Source: Felis catus (lineage: Eukaryota). Taken from it: DNA of 64,000 nucleotides. The notes below the pieces were generated by a model. It saw only the letters and a program-made list of their open reading frames with translations, was not told the origin of the DNA and ran no database searches. The DNA is taken from the NCBI RefSeq assembly GCF_018350175.1, contig NC_058373.1, forward strand, positions 117,554,001-117,618,000, written 5' to 3'. Below, one piece after another: positions 11,483 through 24,800 of the stretch (positions are counted from its first letter, which is position 1; each line of letters opens with the position of its first letter). The position numbers were made by a program, and so were the translations under genes.

Positions 11483-12932
11483 AGATTCCCGTTTCCCCTA
11501 ATGCAAGTGCTTCGGAAGGTGGCCGGTGGCTGGAACTCGGTTTACACTTAGACACCGATTGCTGTGGAGCCATATCTGCGGCTAACTCTGCGGGGCCACG
11601 GAGCCACCTCCCCCCTCCCCCTACCCCCGCCCCCCATCCCCCACTGTTGTGACGTGGGGCTTCCCATGTACCAGGCTCTAAAATTGCTTTTCAGGTCTCA
11701 CTGTGGTTGCCTTTGTCCCAGAGAATGCCCGTGATGACCTTGACTCCATTGGTGCCATAGCCTGTCAGGGACTCGAGCTTCTCTCTCTGTGAAAGAGGGA
11801 CAGGAATGGCTGTCCTTGTGTGCCGGGAGGATCAGCGCTAGTAATGCCTGGCCTTCGTAGGGCACGTGAGAGTTTGTGGTCCAGGGAGAGCATGTGAGGG
11901 TGGGGGAAGGGGAGCATCTCTCCTTGGGTCAAGTTGCTCAGGTCAGTGGTCTTGAGCAGGACATTCCAGGTGGGGAGGAGTTAAGGGTGGGGTTTCCCAA
12001 ACCCTAGATCTGGGGAATCAACCAGATTCAGTGGGTCCAGGTAAATCCACAGAGCCTGTATTTTGAATAATCTGCAAGTGGGCTGATCAGGTCTCCAAGG
12101 ATTTGGGGAAGCCCTTACCCAGCACTCAGAATGATCTGAGAGCTCCCAGGACAAGGGGCACCCAGCTGTGTCTGATCTCTGGGGATATGGGGAAAGAGCC
12201 AGAACCGGTCAGCCTGAGGGAAGCCTACTGACTCCTGGCAGGTGTGCTGGGGCCTGAGGCCAGGGCGGGAGACAGTCCAGGTGGCCCGGGGAACCTGGCA
12301 GGGGAACCTGGCAGGAACTCTTGTTTGTTTGTTTGCAGCCCGTCAGGAAGCACCCCACCTAGCAGCGTCTCATTATGCCAGAGAGGCTGCTCCCCTGGCC
12401 CCAGAGAGATGATTCCCACCAGCCCCTCCCCACTCCCAGCTTGAAGCTTCAGGAGTCTCCGCCCAGCAGAGACTGGATTTGATTCCCAGCAGCAATAACT
12501 GGCAACTTCTCAATGTGACACAAGGGTTTTTCATTAGAACCGCAAGGAAACTCCCAGATAGAGTGGAGGAGGGAGAGGAGACGGGTGTTAGCAGGAGATA
12601 AAGCAGCCTGGAGCCTTGGCCTGTCAGAGGCTCTGCGGGGGTGGGGACAGGGAGGTGGTGCTGGCAGCTGGCCTTGGGCACGACTGCTCTGCTTACCGAA
12701 GGTGAAAGCTGAGCTGTGTCAGGTGGGCACACACGTCCCCGGTCCCTCGGGGGTCTGGTTCCCCGGGCCCTGCGGCAGATGATGGGTGTAATTAGTCAGA
12801 AGCCGTCAGGCAGAGGACCCATCCCCCTGAGAACAGGCCCACGCCATTTTTCACCCGGGTCCCTGAGAGCTGATGGTGGGGAGAGGCCTAAGGGCTGGGG
12901 ATGGTGAAGGCCCAGTTCTAAAAAAATCAAGA

Positions 12933-13160
12933 GGGGCACCTGGATGGCTCAGTCGGTGAAGCATCCGACTCTTGATTTGGGCTCAAGTCATGATCTCAGG
13001 ACCGTGAGATCAAGCCCCAAGTCGGGCTCCTCAATGAGCATGGAGCCTGCCTGGGACTCTCTCTCTCCCTCTCTCTCTGCCCGATACCCCCACCTCATGT
13101 ACAAGCATGCGCTCTCTCTATATGTATAAATAAATAAACTTAAAAAAATAATAATAATAA
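12933..13160 (+). mobile_element. CAN-SINE (first of a tandem pair)
   Basis: Head ggggcacctggatggctcagtcgg; (AAT)n/A tail. Confidence 0.9.
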
Positions 13161-13325
13161 GGGGCCCCTGGGTGGCTCAATAGGTTAAGCGTCCAACTTC
13201 GGCTCAGATCATGATCTCACAGTTCGTGGGTTCAAGACCCACGTCGGGCTCTGTGCTGACGGCTCAGACCCTGGAGCCTGCTTCGGATTCTGTGTGTGTC
13301 TCTCTCTCTGCCCCTCCCCTGCTTG

Positions 13326-13357
<32 letters not shown>

Positions 13358-13380
13358 AATAAATAAAACATTGAAAGAAA
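13161..13380 (+). mobile_element. CAN-SINE (second of a tandem pair)
   Basis: Head ggggcccctgggtggctcaa; (CT)n; aaaataaataaa. Confidence 0.9.
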
Positions 13381-13589
13381 GGACACTATATTTCAGTGAA
13401 CTTTCCTGGATGACTTCTATACTGTGGTTTAAAACCACCAGTGACCAAGGTCTTATGACGTGCCACAAAGTGCTCCCCTTTTTCTAAACAGCCCCGGTCC
13501 ATTACATCCTTTGAGTCTCTGTTTCTGCTTTTTCGCTGTTGGTTTGTTTTCTTGTGTCCGGTCAACAATCTGTAGCAGACCAGGTGTTT

Positions 13590-14030
13590 CAGTCAGATAT
13601 CGCTGAGGGACAACCCAACCTCAAAACCTAGTGGCTTCAGACAACAGGCATTTACTACTGCTCACGTGTTCATGCACCAGCTGGCCCTGTTGGGCTCATG
13701 CTTGTGTCTGTGTGCGGCCGTGGACTGGGTAGGCAGCTCTGTGACCTTGGCTGGGCTCTCAGATGTTCGGCTTTAGCTGGTTTAGGATGACCTCAGCTGG
13801 GACAACCGGGCTCTCCTTCATGGGTTCTCTACTTTGACCTTGTTCACATGGGAATAGCAGGGTTCCGCGAGAGAGAGCGGAAGCAGGCGAAGCCTCTTGA
13901 GGCTTGGAACTGGCACTCTGTCACTTCTGCCGTATTTTCCTGGCTACCACGTGTCACAAGCCCGGCCCAAATTCAAGGGCTGGAGAAATAAGACTCTTCT
14001 TAAATTGATCTACTATACCAGGAAACCAAA
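13590..14030 (-). mobile_element. Old MaLR LTR (MLT1J/K-like)
   Basis: aaaacctagtggcttcagacaac...ggcttggaactggcactctgtcacttctgcc...gtcacaagcccggcccaaattcaaggg. Confidence 0.6.
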
Positions 14031-15338
14031 TGATCAAGCTCCTTAGCCTTGATTCTAAAGCAGGAGTAAAGAGTCTTTTCTGAGAGATGGGCTCTCCCGA
14101 ATTCAGGCGATGAGCCTTGAGGAACAGGGTTTGTGTCATTGTAGACTCTGCTCAGAGCCCCTTTTGGTCACATATCTCACCTATGATCCCCCAGTGGTTG
14201 AAGGTGCCAAGTAAATGAGGTCTTACTGTCCTTTGCCAGAATCCTCAAGGGAGCCCCTATTTTATTCACCCAAGCCTTACGGCCGGCACTTGACAAACCG
14301 ATTTGGGAATGCAAAACTCCATACATTTTAATTCCAAGTTGTCTGTGTTTCTTAGGGTTTCCCCCAGAGACGTCCCCTCACTCACAGTGGCACTGAGCTT
14401 GGCCAGGCACTGCAGGAACCACACCACCCTGCCCCACACGGAGAGATCGACTTGTCTCGTCTTGTATCTGCTCGTGTGCTTGGCTGTCCTTGCCCTATCC
14501 CTGGGAGCCATTTGTGCAGCACAGCTGACTGCTGGATTGATTTTCTACCATCATCTTGCTTGCCCATCTCGGGATCGTGGCTGCTCTCTGAAATTGGATG
14601 CTGGTTCCTTCTCTGCCTCCCGACCCTCCATGATCATGAAATGTAATTAATGAAATGAGATAAGACAGCAAGGGGCTGGCTGAGGGGTTTTAAAAACCTG
14701 CTAGGGTGATAGAAGTCCATGAACTTAATGTCTAATGACTGTTTCAGGGAAGGAAAAAAGGGGCCAAAGAGGTCATTACAACTTTGCTTTTGTGTGATTC
14801 CAGACACCCTGCGAATCCTTGCTTTTCCTTTCTCCCAGCCCACCTTAGGTGACAGGGAAAAAAAAGATCAGAGGCAACATGATCACCAGGGCGAGATCTG
14901 GAAAATAAGAATGATGGTCACTGTCCCATAATGCTTTCCACTCTGTGCCTTGTTGTCCCAGAGCTGCTGGCCATCCCTCACTGCCTATCTCCCTGGACTC
15001 GGTGGGTCCGCCTTCTCTCCTACCTGCTCTGTGAACCACACTCCATATCTGTGCATCATTCTGGGGATCCCTTCCAGGCACTCCTCTACCCATTACAGAC
15101 GGCACCTCTTCTTCCTCCAACTCATCTGTCTTATTTTTTTCGTTATATTCTATACAATATAGGGCAAAATTATGCCTTTATTTTTTTGTTAAGGGAAAAA
15201 GGATGAATTCTAAAACTTTTCTCTCAGGTTTTTTCTTAAGTGGTTGGACTAAAAGTTTGCTAAATTTGCTTTTGTTATTTCTCTCCTCTCTAGGTTTATC
15301 AAAAGGAGAACCTCATTAGCAATCTATATTAATAACAG

Positions 15339-15339
<1 letters not shown>

Positions 15340-15373
<34 letters not shown>
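15340..15373. repeat. (TA)17 microsatellite
   Basis: Directly visible; abuts the Tigger left end. Confidence 0.95.
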
Positions 15374-15376
<3 letters not shown>

Positions 15377-15910
15377 TTGACCCCTTGAACAACAGGAGTT
15401 TGACCTCCTTATACAAGAATTTTTTTCAATAAATGTAGTACAGTACTGTCAAAGTATTTTCTCGTCCTTATGATTTTCTTAGTAACGTTTCTTTTCTGGG
15501 GCACCTGGGTGGCTCAGTCAGTTGAGTGTCCAACCCTTGATTTCAGCTCAGGTCATGATCTCACAGTTCGTGGGATCGAGCCCCACATCAGGCTCTGCAT
15601 TGATGGTGCAGAGCCTACTTGAGATTCTCTCTCTTCCTCTCTCTCTCTCTCTGCTCCTCCCCTTTCTCTCTCTCTCTCTCTCTCAAAATAAATATATTTT
15701 TTAATAACATTTTCTTTTCTCTAGATTACTTTATTTAAGAATACAGTACATAATACATATACAAATATGCATTGTTTATGTTATCAGTGAGGCTTTGGTC
15801 AACAGTAGGCTATTAGTAGTTCAGTTTTGGAGGAGTCCAGAATTGCATGGATTTTTGACTTGCACGGGTGTTTAATGCCCCTAACCCCCATGTTGTTTAA
15901 GAGTCAACTG
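15374..15910. mobile_element. Tigger2a-like DNA transposon, interrupted by a SINE
   Basis: TIRs cagttgacccc-ttgaacaaca and tgttgtttaagagtcaactg, flanked by TA. Confidence 0.8.
15498..15703 (+). mobile_element. CAN-SINE nested in the Tigger element
   Basis: Head gggcacctgggtggctcagtc; imperfect TSD taac(g/at)tttcttttct. Confidence 0.9.
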
Positions 15911-16464
15911 TAATACATAGAACATGTATATGTCATATATATAAGCCCCCTATGCACGCGTGCACACACACACACACACACGTATGTATGTATATGTAAT
16001 AACCATGATTGGTTAAAGTAGTTAGAAGCCATAACTTTGCTATTAGATCAGTGTGAGCATCATCCTGTGATCCAGGAAGCTGTTCACTATTTCACAGCAC
16101 CAGTAGGCGCTGAATAATGTTGACTGAATGACTAACCATGGGCTCTACCCTTAGTGGCTAGTTGGTGAATTTCTGCTGCTTTCTACAAGAAAATGGAAAG
16201 GCATATGGGGATAAATCAGCCAGCCCCATATTTCACCCAAGAACCAGTTCAAAGCACCTGATGACGGTGGATAGCACGTTTGCTAATGGCTGGTGTGTCA
16301 GCACCTTCTAACGATGTGAGAATTTGGCATTTGAAAATAACAACACCATACACTGGAGGCAGAGATAAGGGGACAAGGATATTAAAACGGCTCAATGAGA
16401 AGTAATTGTCCTAATGGACTTCCTCTGGATTTCCTGTATTTATTTTATTTTTTCCATTTCCTCC

Positions 16465-16820
16465 CATATGGGTCAGCTCAGGTAGCCATAACAAAATACC
16501 ACAGACTGAGTATATGGGTTTATAGAGGTCTGAAGTCCATGGTCAAGGTGCCAGCAAGGCTGGTTCCTGGTGGAGCCTCTCTTCCTGGCTTGCAGACAGC
16601 CCCCTCCTTGCTGTGTCCTCACATGGCCTTTCCTCTGTGCGCACACACGCAGAGGAGAGAGAACTCCGGTGTCTCTTCCTCTCTTTAGGAAGAAAGTTCT
16701 ACCAAATCAGGGCCCCACCCTATGACCTTAATCTTAATTATCTCCTTAAAGACAGTCACATTGCAGGGGTAAAGCTTTAACATGTGAAATCGGGGGGTGG
16801 GGGACACAATGTAGTCTGTT
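16465..16820 (-). mobile_element. MaLR LTR (MLT1A-like)
   Basis: gccataacaaaataccacagactg...aagtccatggtcaaggtgccagca...tttaacatgtgaaat..gggggacacaat. Confidence 0.75.
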
Positions 16821-18535
16821 CGATGCCACCAATTCTGCTTTGGTGCCACCCACACCCAGCAATCTGTGGACATCGTTGCCTATGTGCTATTACGTGCCAG
16901 CTGTCTGCAAAGCTCTTTCCATGCCTCTCTGTTCTCTCTCTCTGCTTTTCCTGTCCTATCTCAAATCTTCCTGTAGTCACTGATAATGACTTCGGACCCA
17001 AATAGTACTTCGTATCAACCACTGCGACCTCCCTCGTTGCCTGCTCACCCGTTTCATGGTCTTCATGTGTCTCCACGACACTCCGGTATCTTATCTGTGC
17101 GCTGCAAGGAAGTGCACGTTCGGGGGAGAGGAAGCCTCTCTGGCTAACGCTACAAAGGGCTGCCTCCGTGAACTCCCCTTCACATTCCCATCGCCTTCAT
17201 CCTATTTTCGGTTGTATTGCTCTGTCGTCAGGCAATAGAACCCCAGCTTGAACCCAGCTCAGCTAAAAGGAGCAGGTGCTGACCCACGGAATATAAGGAG
17301 GAGCTGCAGAGTTGAGCTCTGGGAAGGCCAGCAATGCCACTAGGCTCTAGAGTAGCTGCAACCAGGGCCTTGAACACTCCCGAGACCCCTTCTTCGTCTC
17401 TTGTCCTGTTCCACTTTCCACATTGGCCTCCTCCTCTTTCATCACAGACAGTGTTCAGAAACAGCACTGCCTCCAGCCCCTGAACTTTGTAACTGTGGTT
17501 TCTACCGTGGAAGCTGGAGAAGGATTAACCCGGCGTCGGTCAGCAAGGTGTCCATTCCTGGACAGATCAACCGTAGCCAGGAGCAGGGTTTGTTAGTACA
17601 TGGAACCCCCTGATGCAGCGCTAGGCGCATGTTGGGGTGCAATTTCCAGGAGGTGAGGAGAACTGAGCAAGACCCCAGAGATGTCTTCTGTGCTAGTTTG
17701 CCCATTCTGGAGGGCTTCTCACCACCCAGGATTCCCAGCTCCTTTACTCACACCCCAAGAGGCACAGCACAAGGGTCAGCACAACCAAGTCCACTCACTG
17801 CATTCCTGGAAGCCACTTCTGCCTCCATTTGTACCTCTTTTCACACCTGAGAAATGACGTTGCATGACCTACGTGCAGATCCTGAGGCCTTTTATTCTCT
17901 CTGCGTGAAGCTCAGTTTTTATCTTGTGTAGCCAACCCTTTGTTTCTTTCTGCTGTATCTCACTTTAGGAGAATTAGCTCCTAAGCATAAGGCACGTCCG
18001 ACCTGGATGAGAGGCAGCAGGGACCAGACGAGCAGTGCTTGCTCGCACGCACTCCTTGGGCTGTTTCTGGCCAGTCTCGTGGTGTTGAGAAGCATAGGGA
18101 AGAGACCCTCTTCCATCTCTTCCTGGTGTGGGGTGTTCTCCCACCTCCTCTCCATCCTCTGCCACCGCAATGATGGAGTTAACCCTCTTTGACACTCTCC
18201 CTGAGAAGGATCAACCCCCACAAGAGCTAGGAGAGGAGTTAAGGCAACAGACTACTAAGAGCCAAAGCGGCTCACAGGAACCTCCAAGAGAAGGCACTTT
18301 GCTCTCTCCTGTCTCCCATGCAGCCATGATGGCAAACGGGACAAGCGAGCAAGCATAGATTCATGAACGCGGAGTTTATTTGCGTAGGTTGTATCAGTGA
18401 CAGCGCAATAAAACACGTTGGTGCCATTCCTAAAAAGTCCACGCAAGCCTCAGATACACCGTTTACCTACCACCACACCCTCTGTTAGATGACTTCATTT
18501 TCAACCTTCTGCACAAGTTCCTCTCAAATTACACC

Positions 18536-19260
18536 CGTGGAAGACAGAATAATGGTTCCTCAAAGATGGCCGCGTCCTAATCCCCAAAACCTGTAACTAT
18601 GTTAGGTTACATGGCAAAGGGGGATTACGTTTGCAGATGAAATTAAGGCGACTAATCAGTTGACCTAACATAAGGGGATTACCCTGGATTATCCAGGGGG
18701 GCCAGTGTAACAGCCCTTGTTGTAGACAACGGAAGCAGAAGGGTCAGTGTCAGAGTGATACAAGGTGAGCCAGCCTTGGCCAGGCATTGCTGGATTTGAA
18801 GAGGGAAGGGGACCAGGAGTCAAGGAGTGTGGGACGCCCCTACCAGGGGGAAAAGGCAAGGAAATGGATTCTCTCCTCAAGCCTCCAGAAGGAACATGGT
18901 CCTGCTGACACCTTAATTTTAGCCTAGCAATGTCGATTTCAGACTTCCAATCCTTAGAAGTATAAGAGAATACATTTGCGCTTTATTTTTATCTTTTTAG
19001 TTTATTTATTTTGAGAGAGAAAGCATGAGTGGGGGACAATCAGAGAGAGAGGGGGATAGAGAGAGAATCCCAAGCAGGCTCCGCACTGTCAGTACAGGGC
19101 CTGACGTGGGGCTCAATCTCACAAACCTTTCAGATCATGACCCGAACCCAAATCAGGAGTCAGACACTCAATAGACTGAGCCACCCAGAAACCCCACATT
19201 TGTGCTTTTTTTAAGCCACTAAGTATGTAGCAGTTTGTTACAGCAACTGTTAGAAATTCA
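18536..19260 (+). mobile_element. MaLR LTR (MLT1D-like), interrupted by a SINE
   Basis: cagaataatggttcctcaaagatg..gtcctaatcccc..ttacatggcaaagg...ttaagccactaagt..gtttgttacagca. Confidence 0.8.
18983..19196 (-). mobile_element. CAN-SINE nested in the MLT1D-like LTR
   Basis: TSD catttg(c/t)gcttt. Confidence 0.88.
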
Positions 19261-19770
19261 TATACCATCCAATCTCTCCCTCTCTCTTAGAATCTCAAGA
19301 TGTTCCTTTCTAAAATGCCTTTAAAAATGTCTGAGTCTCTCACTGATCAGAAGGTCCTCGTAGAGCCCTGTCTAATTCTGTCTAATTCTGATGACTCAGT
19401 CAGTACATCCCACTTCTACCAATATAATACAATGTTTAAAATGCACATGACCAACTTTTACGGTTCTCTTTACAAAGCTTCCGACCGATTTTATTTACGC
19501 AGCTATAATTTAACAAAACAGCCGTTCCTCTTCTAATACAACAAATTCCCCTGCTGGCCAATGCTGCCCATCACTGGGGCTGGGGGACTGATTAGTGATC
19601 ATGCGGATCTGAGCTCTCTGGCCTCAGTGCAGCTTGTCCGGGCATTTCTGTAGGAAGTTCTTACCCCTCTCTTCTCGTGTTCTTCCACTTATATCCAGGG
19701 TCCTGTTCAAACCCTGTGCTCTGAGAAGGCACAGTGTGGGGCTAGGCCCTTGGAACAACTTCATTCACAC

Positions 19771-19966
19771 TTTTTTAATAAAAGGTTTGATTTTGAGAGA
19801 GAGAGAGAGAGCAGGGGAGGGGCAGAGAGAGAGGGGGACAGGGGATCTGAATCAGGCTCCATGCTGGCAGCAGAGACCCCAATGCAGGGCCCGAACTCAT
19901 GAACCGTGAGATCCAGACCTGAGCTGAAGTTGGACCCTCAACCGACTGAGCCGCCCTGGTGCCCCC
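19771..19966 (-). mobile_element. CAN-SINE
   Basis: TSD aacttcattcacactt. Confidence 0.9.
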
Positions 19967-20989
19967 AACTTCATTCACACTTAATGCCTGTTACATAGTC
20001 GTGTCTCGTGCTCTTAACTTGAGTGGTTACACATCCCTCTTTGGGCTCTCAACCACTTCTCTTGAACCATCATCACCGTTAAATCTCACCACCTCTCCTC
20101 CACACTCTGAAGATATCCCCAGATTTCTCTAAAAGAGACTTGACTGTGACCCTGTGTTTCATTACCGCTCGCGTCCTCCTGGCTGCTTTCTGGCCTTGTG
20201 GGGTCCCGCTGCCTCAGGCTGGGCAGCAGACAGCTGTCCTTCTTGCCTTCCTGAAATAACAGGCCACCAACAGGCAGGCTCCCCAAGTGCCTAGGTCCTC
20301 AGAATTCTCACCCCAGCCTCTCCTGTGCCTCCCTTGCTTCTCCTGGCCCCAGGCACTTCTGCTGGGCTTCATCTGGGAACCTAGATGTGACACGTCCCCT
20401 TCAACCTGCCTTCGCAGGTCATAGGTGTGGCCATGTGGACAGTCAAATAAAACAAGCTAGAGAGGTGGCTGGTAAAACCTCCACCCTGTCTCACAGAAAT
20501 CAGAGCAAGAGTAAGGAAGGGAGGGGAGGAAATTTTGTTTTTCCATCCCTATGTGTTACTTGGGGGAAATCCATTTCTGGTTTAAAAATAAAATCCCCCA
20601 AAACTTGTAATTAGCTAGTTAGAAGACCCCCCCCCACAACCACCACCTTTGTCTTGGGCTGCTCAGGTAGTTGTCTTTGATTTGAGATCGGGGCCACCAG
20701 AGGCTGAGGTCATTGAAAAGGCCAGGGGGCAGACATGCTGGGAGGGCAAAGGGGTCACCGCTGAAGAGAGGCCCATAGACTACACCCACCATCTCAAATT
20801 CTGAGAATGCTGTGGATGCCCAAATATGTCATAATCAGGAAAGCCCCCGATGCCTCATCATGACTCAGACACATCTCACATGGACCGTCGTCCCTCAAAC
20901 AGGACCGAGGTTACCAGCTGCTGGTGCGAAGGAGTCAGGTGGCCAAGTGTGCCCTTTCTGTCCTCATGCCTAGATTCCTTCATGTTCCC

Positions 20990-21423
20990 TGCAGTGGGTT
21001 GAATAGTGGCCCCCAAAAGGGTATGTGCAAGTCCTCATCCACGGAAGCCGTGAACGTGACTTATGTGGGACGAGCCTTTGCAAATGTAAATTAAGGATCT
21101 GGAGATGAAATCATCCTGGATTATCCCGGTGGGCCCTAAACCCAAGGACAAGTAAGGAAGAGAAGGAGAGAAGACCCAGACACAGAGGAAAAGTCATGTG
21201 AGGACAGAGGCAGAGATTGGAGTTAGGCATCCACAAGCCAAGGAGTGCCTGGAACCACTGAAAGAGGCAAGGAAGGATTACTCCTCTTGAGCCTCCAGAG
21301 GGAGCATAGACTTGCTGATACCTTGACTGCAGTCTTCTAAACTCCAGAAGTAAGAAAGACTTCTGTCATTTCAAGCCACCAAGTTTGTGGGCATTTGTTA
21401 CAGCAGCCCCGGGAAACTAATGT
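20990..21423 (+). mobile_element. MaLR LTR (MLT1C-like)
   Basis: gtgggttgaatagtggcccccaaaa...agccaccaagtttgtgg..atttgttacagcagcc..ggaaactaat. Confidence 0.8.
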
Positions 21424-22279
21424 GTACCTTAATGTGCAACCCATCTCTTTCAGAAAGAAAGGAATTAGCCCAGGGGACCAAGGGACAACTCCCTGTGGAG
21501 CTGTCACAGCACCGACTTGTAGTGTGACCTTTCCTGCCACAGTGCCGCCCTAGGGCCTTAGGATGAAGGCTTGCCTGGGCACAAGGCCTACCTTGTACTC
21601 CTACAAGGACAACGTGCCTCCTCGGCACATGCTGGTTGCAATCACATAGCCTACATTTGCAGAAGATTTGGAAGATTCTTTTGAAATGCTTTTCCATTTT
21701 TTATCCAATGGTCCTGAGTGCTCCACAAGGCCATTGCGTACCATGGTGAACTTGACAAAGAAAGATCCCTTAAATGGCTCACTTGTAATTAGCTAGTTAG
21801 AAGACCTTTCTGTATTCCTGAAATATTCCAAAATTTACTAAAAAAAAAAAAAACAGGAAGGTGGCTGGGGACAGAGTGAAGAACATTATAACCTACGTGT
21901 TCAGAGTGTGAGTATTATAACAAAGTGCACCCGATTGCCCTACAAAAGTCTGGTCTTGGCTCTTGAAGTCATTGGAGACCATGGAAGGAAAAAATGAAGC
22001 ATGGGGCTAACCCAGAGAAATGGGTAAAGCCTGTCTCTGGATCTTTGGATCCCTAGATCCCTGCCCCACTAGGAGACCATCTCTCCCACTTGCTACCACC
22101 ACAGGAGATGGGTAGCTTATTCTCTAAAGAAATTGAATCACATCAGCTCAGAATTCAGGCACATCACATCGTAAAGGGCCCACTGAAAACAAGTGAATTA
22201 ATGGAAGATCTACATACTGAACAGTGGAACCCTCCAACCGTCCTCTGCCTGGTTCTGCACCCTCCAGGAGCCAGAGGGC

Positions 22280-22497
22280 AAAAGATTAGAAAACTACAAC
22301 CTGTGGGCCACATCTACTCCACGCTACTGTTTTCACAAATAAAGTTTTATTGGAATACGGTCACATGCATTCATTCCTAAATTATCGATGACTGCTTTTT
22401 ACTGCAACAGAAGAGCTGAGGAGTTGTAATGGACCCATCTGGCCTGTAAAACCTAAAATATTTGCTTTGTCTTACAGAAAATGTTTACTCACCGTTG
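22280..22497. mobile_element. MER58A-like hAT element
   Basis: aaactacaacctgtgggcca...aaataaagttttattggaa...ggcctgtaaaacctaaaatattt. Confidence 0.7.
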
Positions 22498-22894
22498 CTC
22501 TAGAGAAAAATCAATGTCCCCAAAGAAAAGGCCCCAAATCCCTCATTGGGAGCTCTAGTGGAAAGACTGGTGAGCTGCCCGTGATCTGTCAACGAAGCCC
22601 TATCCACACACAGACTGAGCCTCCAAGCAGGTTTTAGTATCTCGCTCTTAAACACAAGTGGATGCCCAGAGATTTTCCAGACATTCAAGGGAAACCCCAA
22701 TGTGAGGGAGTATGAGGCAAACAAAGAGCAAAACGGACTTGGAGGAACCAAAAACTATTCAAGAAACAGAAAATAAAAATACATAATTAATATCCTCAGA
22801 AATATTAATGTCAGAATATTTTATGCATAAATCAAAAACTAGATCCTGTGATAAATAAAAGTGAGCTCTGGAAGCTTAAGAAAGTGATAGCCCA

Positions 22895-23111
22895 GGGGCG
22901 CCTGGGTGGCTCAGTCAGTTAAGCGTCCAACTCCAGCTCAGGTCATGATCTCGTGGTTTGTGAGTTTGAGCCCCACGTCGGGCTCTGTGCTGACAGATCA
23001 GAGCCTGGAGCCTGCTTTGGATTCTGTGTTTCCCTCTCTCTCTATCCCTCCCTGACTAGTGCTCTGTCTCTCTCTGTCTCTCAAAAATAATAAATATTTA
23101 AAAAAAAAAAA
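22895..23111 (+). mobile_element. CAN-SINE
   Basis: TSD aagaaagtgatagccca at 22878-22894 and 23112-23128. Confidence 0.93.
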
Positions 23112-23189
23112 AAGAAAGTGATAGCCCAAATTTTTAAAAAGTAAATAAATAACAAGATGGGAAGAACCATCAAACTAAAAAGACAAAAA

Positions 23190-23427
23190 GGGGGTGCCTG
23201 GGTGGCGCAGTCGGTTGAGCGTCCGACTTCAGCCAGGTCACAATCTCGCGGTCCGGGAGTTCGAGCCCCGCGTCAGGCTCTGGGCTGATGGCTCGGAGCC
23301 TGGAGCCTGTTTCCGATGCTGTGTCTCCCTCTCTCTCTGCCCCTACCCCATTCATGCTCTGTTTCTCTCTGTCCCAAAAATAAATAAAAAACGTTGAAAA
23401 AAAAATTAAAAAAATAAAAAATAAAAA
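23190..23427 (+). mobile_element. Young SINEC_Fc-like CAN-SINE
   Basis: Same diagnostic body as 6548-6778 (ttcagccaggtcac, gggctgatggctcggagcc). Confidence 0.93.
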
Positions 23428-23439
23428 GATGAAAAACGG

Positions 23440-23930
23440 CAGGGCAAATTTAGGAAAATTAGATTATCAATCCAGAAGGTCCAATATTCAACTATAGAGA
23501 ATTATAGAAAGAGGAAACAGAAGAAATGAAGGTATGAAATTAACAAAGAAATAAGACTTCTGGGAAATATTTTTTTTATCCATTGCACGTGGTACCAAGC
23601 ACAGTAAATAAAAAACACCAGCAAAAGCCAGGGTGAAATTTCAGGGCACTGTAGCAATAAAGAGAAGATGCTGTTCCCAGAGAGGAAAGAAACTAAGCAA
23701 AAGAACAAGAATCAAACTGGATCCACACTTCTCAGCAGTAACACTGGATGCCAAAAATACAGTAGAGCAATGCCTTCAGAATTCTGAAGGAAAATGATTT
23801 TTAACCTGGGGTTCTAGGTCCAGCACTATCTGCCAAGTATAAAGATACAATAAAAATATTTTTAGACCTGCCAGGACTTGAAATAGTTAGCTTCTCTGCA
23901 TCCTTTCTTAGGAAACCACTAAAGGAGTAT
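23440..23930 (+). mobile_element. Degenerate old L1/HAL1 ORF1-like fragment
   Basis: A-rich; cacacttctcagcagtaacactggatgcca..agagcaatgccttcagaattctgaaggaaaatgatttttaacct resembles the L1 ORF1 C-terminal coding region. Confidence 0.55.
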
Positions 23931-24156
23931 CTCAGCACAACCAGAGAGTAAAACCAGTAGACGGACGTAAAGTCCAGGAAGCAAAGCGCAGACAGAAGTC
24001 AGGGACGTCCCAGGAGGGTGATTTTACATCGAGTGTGTAGAGCAAACAGTCCAGACTGGAGAAAGAGGACTCCAGACTTTGGAGAGAGGACCTCCGGGAG
24101 ACAGGGAGACAGAACTGAACAAAAATTGGCTAAGGTGTTTAAGATGTGGGAAAATT

Positions 24157-24353
24157 GGGGGCACCTGGGTGGCTCAGTCGGTTGAGTGTCTGACTTCGGC
24201 TCAGGTCACGATCTCATGGTTTGTGAGTCTGAGCCCCACGTCGGGATCTCTGCTGTCAGCATAGAAGCTGCTTCAGATCTTCTGTCCCCCCTCTCTCTCT
24301 CCTCCTCCCCCACTCATTCTCACTCTCTCTCTCTTTCAAAATAAATAAACAAA
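24157..24353 (+). mobile_element. CAN-SINE
   Basis: Head ggggcacctgggtggctcagtcgg; tail aaaataaataaac. Confidence 0.9.
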
Positions 24354-24585
24354 ATATACGTGGAAAATTTGTTGCTAGGTGTTTTACAGATTTGTTAGAA
24401 CATTTGGAAAGGGTGGTATTCTACTTAGCAGGAAACAATTTATATCTAGTTTAATAATGTGGACACTGACGATTGATTTCACAAAAATTATTATACGTCT
24501 CTTAGGAGGATCGTGGGAGGAAGTGGTGGGGGGCGTCGGGGACTGGCGAAGAGAGTTAAATCCTCATCTAAAATTGATAATCAAG

Positions 24586-24800
24586 GGGCAGCTGGGTGGC
24601 TCAGTCGGTGACGCACCCGATTCTCGGTTTCAGCTCAGGTCATGATCTCACAGTTTCGAGAGTTCGAGCCCCGCGTCGGGCTCTGTGCTGACGGTGCAGA
24701 ACCTACTTAGGATTCTCTCTCTTCTCCCTCTCTCTCTCTGCCCCTCCCTTGCTCATGCTGTCTCTGTATCTCTCTAAAAAAATAAATAAACTTAAAAAAA
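24586..24800 (+). mobile_element. CAN-SINE
   Basis: Head ggggcagctgggtggctcagtcgg; flanking repeat aaaattga(t/c)aatcaag. Confidence 0.9.
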
